Assembly: GCA_951406725.2 (NCBI GenBank)
Contig: OX597833.1
Coordinates: forward strand, 51,646,001 to 51,710,000
Reading direction: 5' to 3'
Length of the DNA stretch: 64,000 bases
Source: Octopus vulgaris
Taxonomy: Eukaryota
The position numbers were made by a program, and so were the translations under genes. Below the pieces are notes generated by a model. That model searched no databases. It had not been told where the DNA came from and was given only the letters and a program-made list of their open reading frames with translations. Below, in pieces: positions 13,918 to 27,858 of the stretch (within the stretch, counting starts at the first letter, position 1; each line of letters begins with the position of its first letter).

Positions 13918-14336
13918 CAGATGGAAGGATACCAAAAGAACTGATTGTATAGTGAACTGACTTCCAGTAAGGAAACACAAGGAGCATTCTATTTTCGTTT
14001 CAAAGATATCTGTAAGAGTGCCATGGAGTCTCTTTACCTGAAATCGAGAGAGTGGGAAGATATTCCTGATGCTCGTTCCCACAGGGAACTGGAACTAGAC
14101 AAGAGTTTTAAATGACAAGAAGAGAGACTGAGTCTTGTTAAAGGAGAAAGGCAAATATCAACCGAAAAACAGCACCAGAATAACGCTCACCGAGAGCGTC
14201 TTGAAATTCAGTCACAGTGATTGGGACTATCAATATAGATATCTATAGTCCTACTCGTTCGTATTCTGCCAACGAAACCGAAACGCAATTTCGCAGGGGC
14301 ACAACTTATGGGATCGCGAGGCTAATATAATGCCTC
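13918..14336 (+). pseudogene. RTE-clade LINE 3' fragment, degenerate ORF2 C-terminus
   Basis: Manual translation with frameshifts: DGRIPKEL.YSELTSSK...RFKDICKSAMESL...WED, matching the RTE motif DGRIPK.LLYGEL..GKR..GRP..R.KD..K. Confidence 0.75.
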
Positions 14337-14389
14337 ATTGTTTTCATATGACGTATATATATATATATGGTTCTTCTCTAATTTATATA

Positions 14390-14444
<55 letters not shown>

Positions 14445-14505
14445 GTGTGTATATATATATAGTACATATATATATGTATATATAAACGTGTGTGTGTATA
14501 CATAT

Positions 14506-14551
<46 letters not shown>

Positions 14552-14552
14552 C

Positions 14553-14595
<43 letters not shown>

Positions 14596-14910
14596 GTGGA
14601 CGCGCAATGGCCCAGTGGTTAGGGCAGCGGACTCGCGGTCGTAGGATCGCGGTTTCGATTCCCAGACCGGGCGTTGTGAGTGTTTATTGAGCGAAAACAC
14701 CTAAAGTTCCACGAGGCCCCGGCAGGGTGTGGTGGCGAGCCCTGCTGTACTCTTTCGCCACAACTTTCTCTCTCTCTCTTTCTTCTGTTGGACTGCTCGC
14801 TTAGCCAGCGGGGTGGCGTCATTTGAAGGCTAAAACAATGCGAAGCGCATTGTGACCAGCGATGTGTAGCAACATCTGATAGCCTTGTCGGTCACGGTGA
14901 TCACGGTGAT
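14596..14910 (+). mobile_element. tRNA-derived SINE family C, full length
   Basis: A-box tggcccagtgg, B-box ggtttcgattccc, tail tcacggtgatcacggtgat; 3' half repeated at 41308-41429. Confidence 0.85.
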
Positions 14911-14963
14911 ATATATATATAGTGAAGGCGTTATCTATATATATATATTCTTTCTTTTCTTTT

Positions 14964-15159
14964 TCTTTTACTTGTTTCAGTCATTTGACTGCGGCCATGC
15001 TGGAGCACCGCCTTTAATCGAGCAACTCGACCCCGGGACTTATTCTTTTGTAAGCCCAGTACTTATTCTATCGGTCTCTTTTGCCGAACCGCTAAGTAAC
15101 AGGGACATAAACACACCAGCATCGGTTGTCAAGCAATGCTAGGGGGACAAACACACACA

Positions 15160-15217
<58 letters not shown>

Positions 15218-15380
15218 TTCGACGGGCTTCTTTCAGTTTCCGTCTACCGAATCCACTCACAAGGCTTTGGTCGGCCCGAGGCTACAGTAGAAGACACTTG
15301 CCCAAGATGCCACGCAGTGGGACTGAACCCGGAACCATGTGGTTGGTTAGCAAGCTACTTACCACACAGCCACTCCTGCG
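14964..15380 (-). mobile_element. SINE family A
   Basis: Homology to other copies. Confidence 0.92.
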
Positions 15381-15774
15381 AATATATATATATTCTTTCA
15401 TTCTTTCCTTCTTTCTATCAGCTCCTTCACACTTACTTCATTCATTCCACTCTTCGTTCTTTCATTTATTCTCTCTCACATTTCCTGGCCTTCTCTTCAT
15501 GCTCACTTTCCCTCCTCTTTCACTTCACTCTGTCCCTTTCATTTTTTTTTTCTCGCTCCTCCTTAATTCTTTTATCCCTCTGCCTCTACCTCTCTCTATT
15601 CTCTCCCCCCACGTGACCGGTGTTCGGTCAAGCCTGACCTTTCTTTCTTGGTTCGACTACCATCCGTGAGACGGTTATATAACCAAACACTTGTGAACCT
15701 TGTGTAGAAACAATTGTAGCAATCACAAATAAATGTTCCACTGTACTCTTCCTTGTTGACTCCATCTTATTCAG

Positions 15775-15840
<66 letters not shown>

Positions 15841-15841
<1 letters not shown>

Positions 15842-16252
15842 CTCTTTTACTTGTTTCAGTTATTTGACTGCTGCCATGCTGGAGCACCGCCTTTAATCGA
15901 GCAAATCGACCCCGGGACTAATTCTTTTGTAAGCCCAGTACTTATTCTATCGGTCTCTTTTACCGAACCGCTAAGTGACGGGGACATAAACACACCAGCA
16001 TCGGTTGTCAAGCAATGTTATGGGGACAAACACAGACACACAAACACACACACGCATATATATATATATATATATATATGCATATATACGACGGGCTTCT
16101 TTCAGTTTCCATCTACCAAATCCACTCACAAGGCTTTGGTCGGCCCGAGGCTATAGTAGAAGACACTTGCCCAAGGTGCCACGCTGTGGGACTGAACCCG
16201 GAACCATGTGGTTGGTAAACAAGCTACTTACCACACAGCCACTCCTGCGCCT
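15841..16252 (-). mobile_element. SINE family A
   Basis: Homology to other copies. Confidence 0.92.
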
Positions 16253-16254
16253 AA

Positions 16255-16389
16255 AGGAATACAAAATATGGGAGAAGAACGCAAAACATCCAAAAGGGCG
16301 ACAAGAAAAAACACGGACGGGTCATTCGAAGTTTTCTTTCCTCAGCCGAGTTCCACATTATCTTTGCAATTTCGGCTTGTTATACTCGA
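16255..16389 (-). mobile_element. Unclassified repeat (also at 51676-51833)
   Basis: Shared aagaacgcaaaac...ggacg(g/a)gtcattcg(a/g)agttttctttcctcag(c/t)cgagttcca; both copies abut (TA)n. Confidence 0.7.
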
Positions 16390-16412
16390 TATATATATAT
16401 ATACATATATAC

Positions 16413-16445
<33 letters not shown>

Positions 16446-17215
16446 GCGAGAAAGATATACACACACACACATATGTAAAAATGTGCGTGCACGTACGTGT
16501 TGGAGTGTGTACATGTATACGCGCACTCGCGCGCGCATGTATGTGTGTGCGAGTGAATACTTACATACTCCTTTCCTGGTTCACAGATTAGTTTACGCCC
16601 ATTCTAGGGCAACTGCATAAGGCATAAATCTGTCAGATGTCTACACATCATCTGATATACACCGTAAATCATTCTCACCAAAGCCGTAAAAGCCAAAACT
16701 CCAGCAAAGTAAAAAATGATGTGCACGGAACCGTATAAACTATGTCAATCGCCCATTCCTCCACAGATGGTTATTGATTCCGATCTTAATAGGAATTTAA
16801 CCACGCTTCAGGCGCAAACACATGTGTTCCAGTACCTGACACCAATGCACATTCGCAGCATGAATGTAATACAAGTCAAACGATATGGGGAAGGAATAGA
16901 AACCTGCATGTAACTAGAATACCAACTGTGTATTCCTATGTATGTATGTATGTATGTATGTATGTATGTATGTATGTATGTATGTATGTATGTATGCATT
17001 TATGTATGTATGTATGTATGCATGCATGTATACATATAAGTTTGTATGTGTGTGTATGTATACGTGTATATATATACGTGTGTGTATATATATATATATA
17101 TATATTAATATATGTATATGTATATTTATTGAGCAATTTATGTGTGAGTATATATATATATGTACACACTCACAGATACATACACACACACACACACACA
17201 CACTCACAGATACAT

Positions 17216-17268
<53 letters not shown>

Positions 17269-17340
17269 TATACAATGCATACAAATATAGGTATACATAC
17301 ATACACACACACACATATATACATATGAATAGATGGATAA

Positions 17341-17384
<44 letters not shown>

Positions 17385-17890
17385 GTAGGTAGATAGATAG
17401 ATACAGAATGAGAGAGAGAGAGAGAGAGAGAGATCACAAGTGACAATAACTCTCCGCATGTATATCTATGAGAGTGTGTATATATCTACATGAAGACACC
17501 CCAACACCAGTGGCATAGCTAATAGGAGAGCAAGGGGAGGGACCACCACCCCCTCCACGAACCCCAATTTTCAAAATTGGTTCCTTTTCAACAATATTTA
17601 TAATTCTTTAGTTCACCTCTTCATTCATTGTTTTCTTTTTTGTTTGTCTTTGTTTTGTTAATCGTACGGCCCTGGAGGAACTTCCTGAAGCCCTTACTAT
17701 ATTTGCCCAATGTCAAGTACTTTCGAAATGTCTGGTCAATCTCCCGTTATTGCCTTGATGCTTGCTGACATCTAAAGAACCAAAACAAACCACGACGTCA
17801 TAATCTCCTGACACTTAGACGATACGTATTCCTTTATTCTATTAATCTTCTGTCTGTTTCAGTCATTATAAAAATGTTTCTTAAAATATA

Positions 17891-17972
17891 CAGTACTATT
17901 TCTACTTCGCGGATTTTCATCTATCGCGGGGTTTTTTGGAACGTAAAAGCCGCGATAGTCGAGGGATTACTG
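17891..17972. mobile_element. pogo/Tigger-like MITE or terminal fragment
   Basis: TA|cagta...tactg|TA ends, with ctatcgcgg/ccgcgatag inverted motif. Confidence 0.6.
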
Positions 17973-18013
17973 TATATATATGTCAGTATATGGTTGTGCA
18001 TACATGGTTGAGC

Positions 18014-18050
<37 letters not shown>

Positions 18051-18057
18051 CATATAG

Positions 18058-18148
<91 letters not shown>

Positions 18149-18160
18149 CATATATATAAA

Positions 18161-18356
18161 GTTAATCCAAACAAGAAAACAAAAAAGACAACAACGCGAG
18201 GATGTGGAACAATTAAAGTATTATTAGGCGCTCAGGAAAAAAGGGAAGAAGTATGACGTTTCGAGCGGAGCTCTTCGTCGGAAATATAGGAGAAAGAAAG
18301 ATCCCGAGGTGGGAGGACAGAGGGAAAAAAATGCAAGTGGTCTTCACGAGGTCAAC
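18161..18356 (-). mobile_element. Hammerhead-bearing repeat (putative Penelope-like terminus) abutting (TA)n
   Basis: Hammerhead-like motif at 18251-18285 and cctgagcgcc shared with the 51212 and 58681 family. Confidence 0.6.
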
Positions 18357-18416
18357 ATACACAGACACACATATGCATACACACACACATATGCATATCT
18401 ATACATTTATGCATAT

Positions 18417-18731
18417 CTAACGACGATTGCTCCAGGTGACCCTATCAACGGAACATGTTGCTCGTGAAATTAGCGTGTGATGTCTGAGCACACTACAGAC
18501 ACACATTCTCTTAACGAGGTCCTCAAGGGAGATTCAACGTGACACACAACACTACATGGCCTGCTATATGAATTACGGCTAAAATTTTTTTTTTTTTTTT
18601 TTCGCAGCTACATGGACTGGACCAACGTGAAGTAAAGTATTTTGTTCAAGGACACAGATCGCCTTGAGGACTCGAACTCACGACCTTACGATCTTGAGCC
18701 GTATACCCAAACCACTAAACCATGCGCCTTC
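18417..18731 (-). mobile_element. SINE family E with 14-bp target-site duplication
   Basis: acatttatgcatat at 18403-18416 and 18732-18745; tRNA-like head gaaggcgcatggtttagtgg...gagttcgagtcc on the minus strand. Confidence 0.85.
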
Positions 18732-18768
18732 ACATTTATGCATATATAGATGTGTACGCATCTATACC

Positions 18769-18999
18769 TATTTCTTTATTACCCACAAGGGGCTAAACAT
18801 AGAGGGGACAAACAAGGACAGACAAACGGATTAAGTCGATTATATCGACCCCAGTGCGTAACTGGTACTTAATTTATCGACCCCGAAAGGATGAAAGGCA
18901 AAGTCGACCTGGGCGGAATTTGAACTCACAACGTAACGGCAGACGAAATACGGCTACGCATTTCGCCCGGCGTGCTAACGTTTCTGCCAGCTCGCCGCC
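18769..18999 (-). mobile_element. SINE family B, full length
   Basis: Complete head-to-tail match. Confidence 0.92.
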
Positions 19000-19409
19000 T
19001 ATTATACCTCCACACGCACACACACTCACACACACATTCACATACAATATGTATGTGTTATTATGACGCGTCTATGTGTGCATGCGTTCATATATGGCTA
19101 CAGAAAGTTAGAAATACGCTAATACACACACACACACACACATACACACACACACACACACACGCATATAAGATGGTAGGGGTTCGCTCCCCTGATTGCA
19201 ATATATTTCGAAGGCAGATTGCATCGATGACCAGCTGGAGGAGACGTCCTCCTGAGATTAAAAACGGTAGTAATGTCTGTTCCTACGGAACAGCCATGTT
19301 GAAGTGGAGATGAACATTACCTCTGCGTGTGTGTATGTGTGTGTGTGTGTGTGTGTGTATTGCCTGTACGCACGGGTATGTATGCAAGTATGTATGTATA
19401 TATGTATGT

Positions 19410-19935
<526 letters not shown>

Positions 19936-20348
19936 TATATGTGTGTGTGTGTATATGCATTTGTATGTATGTATGTATGTATGTATGTATGTATGTATGT
20001 ATGTATATGTGTGTGTGCATGCATGTATGTATGTATGTATGCATGTATGTATGTATGTATGCATGCATGTATGTATGTATGTGTGTATGTATGTATGTAT
20101 GCATGTGTGTATTAATGTATGTATGTATATATGTATGTATGTATGTATGCATGTGTGTATTAATGTATGTATGTATGTATGTGTATGTATGTATGTATGC
20201 ATGTGTGTATTAATGTATGTATGTATGTATGTATGTATGTATATATGCATGTATGTATTAATGTATGTATGTATGTATGTATGTATGTATGTATGTATGC
20301 ATGTGTGTATTAATGTATGTATGTATGTATGTATGTATATATGTATGT
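19936..20348. repeat. (TGTA)n microsatellite with gcatgtgtgtattaa higher-order interruptions
   Basis: Direct reading. Confidence 0.9.
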
Positions 20349-20549
20349 TTTCATGCAGGCATATAGACACGCTAGTTGAAATCATAATTAATTACAGATA
20401 TATATACTCCTGCGATTACACTCCCCCGCGCCCCTTCTCACCGTAGCAACCATCGTCACTTCAAGCTTTCTCTGCTACCTCCACTCCTACAATCACATCC
20501 ACCCCCACCGCCAGAACAGAAGGTCTACTGCCCTACTCCGCACTATACC

Positions 20550-20648
20550 CATCACCTCCACCACTACCGCCGCCACCACCACCACCACCACCACTTCCAC
20601 CACCATTAATACTACTACTACTACTACTACTACTACTGCTACTGCTGT

Positions 20649-20732
<84 letters not shown>

Positions 20733-20857
20733 CACTACTACTAAAACGACCCCCACCGTCATCAACATCACCAACACCATTACAACCACCACCACTACCA
20801 CCTCCACTACTATTACCATTGCTAATACTACTGTTGCAGCTGCTGCTGCAGCTGCTG

Positions 20858-20917
<60 letters not shown>

Positions 20918-21077
20918 TTACTACTACTACTACTACTGTTACTAGTTACTATTACTACAGCTAACAATACTACCATACCACTGCCACCATTACTACGTCT
21001 GCCACTAGTACCACCACCACGACTACTACATCCACCTCCAACACCACACCATCACTACCACTTCTACCACCACCGCC

Positions 21078-21109
<32 letters not shown>

Positions 21110-21177
21110 GTCCACCTCCACGATAGTCATCAACAGCACCAACGCCATCAGAACCACCACCACTACCACCATCACCC

Positions 21178-21238
<61 letters not shown>

Positions 21239-21360
21239 ATTGCTACCGTTACAAGTTACTAGTAACACAACTAACACTACTACTACCACCACTACATCCA
21301 CCACTACCACCACTACCACCATCATCACCACTACTACTACTTACGACTACTACTACTGGT
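20550..21360. repeat. (ACT/ACC/GCT)n compound microsatellite
   Basis: Direct reading. Confidence 0.95.
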
Positions 21361-21729
21361 AGCAACATCACAGAACTCCATGTTGTAATCTGGATTCGAT
21401 ATAAAAATTTTTCAAGAACAGATGGTTAGATGAAGAAAAATCTGTGGGTTGTTAATAAGGTGTTCGGAGGAACGGGGTGATGGCGGTCGCGATGACGATG
21501 GCGATGGCGGCGTCGGTGGCGTTGCTTGTATGGAAACTGATAGATAGCATGTGTATGCAACCATCAGAAATGCCTGATGGAATTGGTTTAATCGTCTCTG
21601 CATTGCATTGCACTTCACTTCCGCTGCACCCAGCCGTCCCGCCAAAACCACTCTTTTTTTTCCACTCTGTCGATCACATTACCAGCATGCCTTTAATTTT
21701 GATTTTCCTTGGTTATATCATTTTATTTC

Positions 21730-22107
<378 letters not shown>

Positions 22108-22573
22108 TAGTTTTCTTCTTATGTTATTAAAACTCTTATCGTATAATGTTATCAAGCTTCCGATCAATATGTTACCTATTCTTGTTGTTGATGTTATGTT
22201 GTACATAGTTTGTTTTTCATGTATATAATATTATGTATTATTGCCTTAAAAACAAAAAAATAAAATAAAAGTAAGTTATCTTCTCGAGTCCTGCTGATTC
22301 GTAAAGGAACAGTTTCCCGGCGTATATATCCTCCCCACCACATGGACGAGGACGTGGGTCCGTCGCAGGATTACTCAGTTTTGCCATCTGAGTGGACTGG
22401 TTTTCAAAGAGATATTTATATCTGCAGGGCAGCTGACTCTATGGTTGTACATACCTTTGCCCCTTTGTTCTAAACAACAATATCCGTCCTGTTATGCTTA
22501 CATTTTACAGAAATTTGTATGTATGCATGTATGTATGTATGTATGTATGTATGTATGTATGTATGTATGTATG

Positions 22574-22599
<26 letters not shown>

Positions 22600-22604
<5 letters not shown>

Positions 22605-23033
22605 CAGCGATGCCCTTCCTGACATCGCTGTTACACTTCCAGAAGGGAAGGGTCTTCCTTTGATGTTGACATGCAATGTCTGTGCAAGACCCTGCCTCAG
22701 TAAAGCTGGACTCAAGAGCCATCTTCGTAGTCATAAAGCGAGACAGATGAGTGACAACCTGGCCACTGGTGGTGGTGTAACACACAATACTAATCATATC
22801 TGTCGGGCATGTGGAAGAGAGTGTAATTCGGCTGAGGACTTAAACGACATGCAAAGGTACATGAAGCCCAGTTACAACTACAGCCGGCTATTACTAGTAA
22901 AGGTTTTAGGTGCCAATTTTGCACAAGACATTGTAGATCTTTTTCTGGGCTAAAAAGTCACTTTCGATCATAGCACCAGTAACAGTTAAGCTTCGTGCAA
23001 TGGCCATACTCGATAACGAGGAGACAGCCATAA
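22600..23033 (+). pseudogene. 5'-truncated LINE (probably RTE clade) 3' end encoding three C2H2 zinc fingers, inserted in (ATGT)n
   Basis: CNVCARPCLSKAGLKSHLRSH; CRACGRECNSA[frameshift]GLKRHAKVH; CQFCTRHCRSFSGLKSHFRS*; short 3' UTR with ctcg-ataa-cgag stem-loop, then (ATGT)n. Confidence 0.7.
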
Positions 23034-23109
23034 TGTATGTGTGTATGTATGTATGTATGTATGTATGTATGTATGTATGTATGTATGTATGTGTGCGTGT
23101 GCGCGTGTG

Positions 23110-23330
23110 TGTGGCATGGGGGTCCTCCACTACCGCTTGACAACTCGCGATGGTTTCTTTATGTCCCCGTAACTTAATGGTTCGGCCAAAGACGCTCATA
23201 TAATTAGTACGAATCTCAGAAAATTAAGTATTGACGTTGAGTGGTTCGACTAAAAACCTATAATGCGGTACTCCAGGGTGGCCGCAGTCTAATGAATGAA
23301 ACAAGTAAAATATTAAAGATATTAGATAAA
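23110..23330 (+). mobile_element. SINE family A 3' half, diverged
   Basis: cgcttgacaac...gtccccgtaactt...tgaaacaagtaaaa. Confidence 0.8.
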
Positions 23331-23453
23331 AGAGTAATTAATGTAATGATTTCCTGATTCTTTTAATCATTCGCCATAATGTTTTACGGTGTCAAAATGC
23401 GAGAGATTTATAAATAAACAGGAAATGCATGCAAGTGACAAATATACCTAACT

Positions 23454-23621
23454 AGGTGCAGGCGTGGTTGCTTCCAACCTACGTACATTTTTGGTTCAGT
23501 TCCACTGCGTGGCACCTTGGGAATCTGTCTTCTATAGCCCCGTGCCGATCAAAGCGCTGTTAGTGGATTTGGTAGACGGAAACTGAAAGTGCGTCATATA
23601 TACATATATGCGTGTGTGTGC

Positions 23622-23665
<44 letters not shown>

Positions 23666-23992
23666 GTGTGTTTTTGTGTCTGTGTTTGTCTCCACACCAT
23701 CGCCTGACAACCGATATTGGTGTGCTCACGTCCCCGTAACTCAGCGGTTCGGCAAAAGAGACCGATAGGATAAGTACTAGGTTTACAAAGAATAAATCCT
23801 GGGGGTCGATTTCTTCGATTGAAACCCTTCAAGCCATTACTCCAGCATGGCCGCAGTCAAATGACTGAAACACGTAAAAGAACGAAAGAACGAAAGAATA
23901 AACAGAACAAAATCGACCCCCAGGACTTATTCTTTGTAAACCTAGTGCTTATTCTATCGGTCTCTTTTGCCGAACCGTTGGGTTACGGGGAC
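23454..23992 (+). mobile_element. SINE family A copy plus an inverted A fragment (23910-23992)
   Basis: Homology to other copies. Confidence 0.85.
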
Positions 23993-24110
23993 GCAAGAAG
24001 ATGTTTTGAGGAAACATGCGAGCAAGCACCGAGAGTTTCTGACCGACCCACACTTATACGCTGAACCGCGGAAACACTATTAAGTAACTAAGGTCGGCTT
24101 CAAAAGTTCC

Positions 24111-24576
24111 TCTTTTACTTGTTTCAGTCATTTGACTGTGGCCATGCTAGAGCACCGCCTTTAGTCGAGCAAATCGTCCCCAGGATTTATTCTTTTTGTA
24201 AGCCTAGTACTTATTCTATCGGGAAATTTTGCCGAACCGCTAAGTTACGTGGAGGTAAACACACCACCATCGGTTTTCAAGCGATTGTAGGGAACTGCTA
24301 AGTTACGGGGACGTAAACACCCCAGCATCGGTTGTCAAGCGATGTTGGGGGGACAAACACAGACCCACAAACATATACACACACATACATATGTACATAT
24401 ATACATATATACGACGGGCTTCTTTCAGTTTCCGTCTACCAAATCCACTCACAAGTCTTTGATCGGACTGAGACTATAGTAGAAGACGCTTGCCCAAGGT
24501 GCCACGCAGTGGGACTGAACCCGGAACCATGTGGTTCGTAAGCAAGCTACTTACCACACAGCCACTCCTAAGCCTA
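24111..24576 (-). mobile_element. SINE family A with internal ~60-bp duplication
   Basis: gctaagttacg...gtaaacac...catcggtt...caagcgat repeated at about 24239 and 24297. Confidence 0.9.
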
Positions 24577-25095
24577 TGTATGTTTGTGATTCAAGTAATC
24601 TCTTGTACAAGTAATCTCCTGTAACCTTCTTGTTCAAGTAATCTCTTGTAACCTATCCAGAATAGCTAATTCTCGAACGGTGTTTGGGAAGGGTGATAAG
24701 GGAGATCGCTTTCCAGAATAATATTGCAGCCTGGTACAAAACCTTTGGTTACAGTGTTCATCCGCCATAATGTTTTATGGTGTCAAAATGCCAGAGATTT
24801 ATACATAAACAGGAAGTGCATGCAAGTGACATATATATCTAAACAGAGCAAAAGTATACTCGCAAGAAGTTGTTTTCTGCAAACATGTAAGCGAGTGCTG
24901 AGAGTTTCTGACCGACCGACATTTACGCACTGAACCGGGGAAATAGCTCAGCAAAAAATGGCGTAGTTATTAATTAACTAAGGCAGGCTTCAAAAGTTAG
25001 CTGTGCTTTTAAGAGAAAGTACAGGGAGCAAATTGCACCTAAAAATGCAATAGATATCTATTCATGCCATAAATTGTTCTTGGTCTTAAATTGTT

Positions 25096-25340
25096 CTTTA
25101 CTCTCTTTTACTCTCGTTTACTTGTTTCAGTCGTTTGACTGCGGCCATGCTGGAGTACCGCCTTTAGTCGAGAAAATCGACCCCGGGGCTTGTTCTTTGT
25201 AAGCCTAGTACTTATTCTATCAGTCTCTTTTGCCGAACCTCTAAGTTACGGGGACCTAAGCACACCACCATCGGTTGTCAGGCGATGTTCGGGGGAAGAA
25301 ACACAGACACACAAACATATACACACACATACATACATAT
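25096..25340 (-). mobile_element. SINE family A 3' half
   Basis: Homology; the sequence ends at the internal microsatellite. Confidence 0.88.
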
Positions 25341-25587
25341 ATATATGTATATATAAGATACAGTGTACATTTAAACACATTAAGATGTTTCTATCATTGG
25401 AATCCTTTACGCTAGAAAGAGCAGCTAAAGTCCAAACCACTAATTAGGGATAAATATTCGAAGGGAATGAAAGATTAAAAAAATTACCATCTCTTTCCTG
25501 GACCATGGTCTCTGACTTATTCTAGTAAATAAAATAATTTACTGCGGCGAAGTCTTCATCAACAGGAACGCCAAGATTAAATATATA

Positions 25588-25818
25588 TATTTCTTTACTG
25601 CCCACAAGGGGCTAAACATAGAGGGGACAAACAAGGACGCACAAAGGGATTAAGTCGATTATATCGACCCCAGTGCGTAACTGGTACTTTATTTATCGAC
25701 CCTGAAAGGATGAAAGGCAAAGTCGACCTCGGCGGAATTTGAACTCAGAACGTAACGACAGGCGAAATACCGCTAAGCATTTCGCCCGGCGCGCTAACGT
25801 CTCTGCCAGCTCGCCGCC
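25588..25818 (-). mobile_element. SINE family B, full length, with target-site duplication
   Basis: cgccaagattaaatatata at 25569-25587 and 25815-25833 (partly overlapping the SINE 5' end). Confidence 0.92.
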
Positions 25819-27318
25819 AAGATTAAATATATAAACACGAGGCCAATCCAGCAAGTGCCTCTTGTTTTAGATATTTTAACTTTTTTTAAATCCTACGCGC
25901 AAGCCCAGTCTATTTTGTAGGCAGCAAAAAAAAAAAAAAAAAAAAAAAACATGCCGGTGATTTCTTCGAACGAATCTACCAGAAATCCTTATACATAGTC
26001 AATAATATTAGGGTAATAAAGATTTTAGAATTTTTTCCACCAGTGTATGTGTGTGTGCGTATGTGCTTGGGTATCTGTTCTCTACTTTGCTGAGGGCTTC
26101 CCATTTCCATTCTAAAATCTTAAAACTGCTTAAATTTTCCTTAAAGAAAAGAAAAAAAAACATCGAAAATATGATTATCATTAAGTCTCGGCAAGACGCC
26201 GAGAAAATAATTGGATTTCCAAGTTTACCACCGACCGCGAAACGGAATGTAAATGAAATTTTAACCACAGGTAAAATAATTATTAAAATGTCAGCTTATG
26301 CCGGGTGACTGCTATAGATGATTGCTCGAGAAACAGCATATTTGGATCGTTCCACCATCCGTCAAAGAAATTCGTCGTGGCCAAAAGGTCGGATGTCATT
26401 TCCGCTAGTGGGACGTTAAGTTAATGAACAACTGACTTTCACCAAAAGGAATTCAAATATTGTTTCATCTGGAATTCATACATTGTTTCATATCTAATTT
26501 AATTCCTTCTTTACTGCGTGTAGAGGCCGTGCGCCTGAAATACCGATAGATTAAAAATAGCATCTTTTAAAATATAGAATAGAGTCACAGAGATATGATC
26601 TCCATCTAGTTGACGGGCTTCAGTTCTCATACTTACATAACAATACTTCATACTATATTAGTGTGTGTGTGTGTGTGTTTGTCTTTGTATTTGTGTTTCA
26701 CTTTCACCATCACTCGACAAACAGTGTTAGTTTGTTTACGTCCTCGTAACTTTCGGTAAAGGAATAGAATAAGCACCAAACTCAGGCGCCGCCACAGTCC
26801 AAGGACTGAAGCAAGTAAAAGATAAAAGATATAATATATATATATATATATATAATATTAGGGAGTATATCCAAACTTACAGGGAAAAATTAGATTTAGG
26901 ATTAAATCAAATTTCACAGTATAAATATAAATTAAATTAGAGATAAAACCACTGTTAGGCACCTCAAACAGTGATAGACATAAACCAAAACATAAAAAAA
27001 CAAAAAATAAATATAATTAATATAATATATAATATATATATATAATATAAAATTTAAAATTTAAATTATTAAAATTTTAAATTTTAAAATTTATATTTTT
27101 TAATTTTTTAATTTTTTAATTTTTAAACTTTTAATTTTTTTTATATAACTAAACAAAAAGTATAAAAGATTTGAAAATAATATAAGTTTCATCTCTAATT
27201 TAATTTTTATTGCCAAGAGGCAAATACCTCGAAACTGCAGTCAATGCGTATCGCTTAGGTTATACATATATATATATACATATATATATATATATTTTAT
27301 ATATATATATATATATAT

Positions 27319-27744
27319 CAGAGACTTAGATGTAACTGTCGACAGCAGCCTTAGCTGGAGTGTGCATATCAACAAAAAAGTCGATGTTGCTCGCAGAATG
27401 TGCTCATGAATCCTCAGAATTTTTCAATCTAGGGACCTTGAAGCCATCACCCGTCTCTTCTCCATATTCGCTAGGCTCCCACTTCGAATACTGCTGTCCA
27501 TTGTGGTCCTCCTACAAAAAACAAGACATAATGAGGATTGAAGTCCCACAAAAATCAATCACTAAAAAAATAAATGGCATTACGGGACTTGATTATTGGG
27601 CTCGATTTAAACTGCTGAAACTCTATTCTCTACATGGCTGCTGTAAGCGATATATTATTTGCATCATGTGGAAAATATTCCACAAATATTGTCCAAATGA
27701 TAGTAGTATTATGTTTACAATTCACCTAAGATGGCCGAAACCAA

Positions 27745-27745
<1 letters not shown>
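27319..27745 (+). pseudogene. CR1/L2-group LINE reverse transcriptase C-terminal fragment
   Basis: RDLDVTVDSSLSWSVHI...HFEYCCPLWSSYKKQDIMRIEVPQ...GLDYWARFKLLKLYSL; contains a stop and a frameshift; flanked by (TA)n. Confidence 0.85.
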
Positions 27746-27810
<65 letters not shown>

Positions 27811-27826
27811 GTGTGAGTGCGTGCGC

Positions 27827-27858
<32 letters not shown>

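Noticed and set aside
14596-14670. tRNA genes at SINE heads (also 59324, 59406, 12160)
   Set aside because: A and B boxes are present but there is no clean acceptor stem or terminator, and they continue into SINE bodies.
15136-15669. Recurrent peptide RRASFSFRLPNPLTRLWSARGYSRRHLPK in many ORFs
   Set aside because: It is the antisense translation of the SINE A head, not a gene family.
17508-17530. hAT-like TIR starts (cagtggcatagcta; also cagtgtttctcaa at 44209)
   Set aside because: No matching opposite TIR or 8-bp TSD found.
22519-22953. Host C2H2 zinc-finger gene
   Set aside because: No TGEKP linkers or splice signals, a frameshift and stop, and a LINE-like 3' end; treated as a retroelement fragment.
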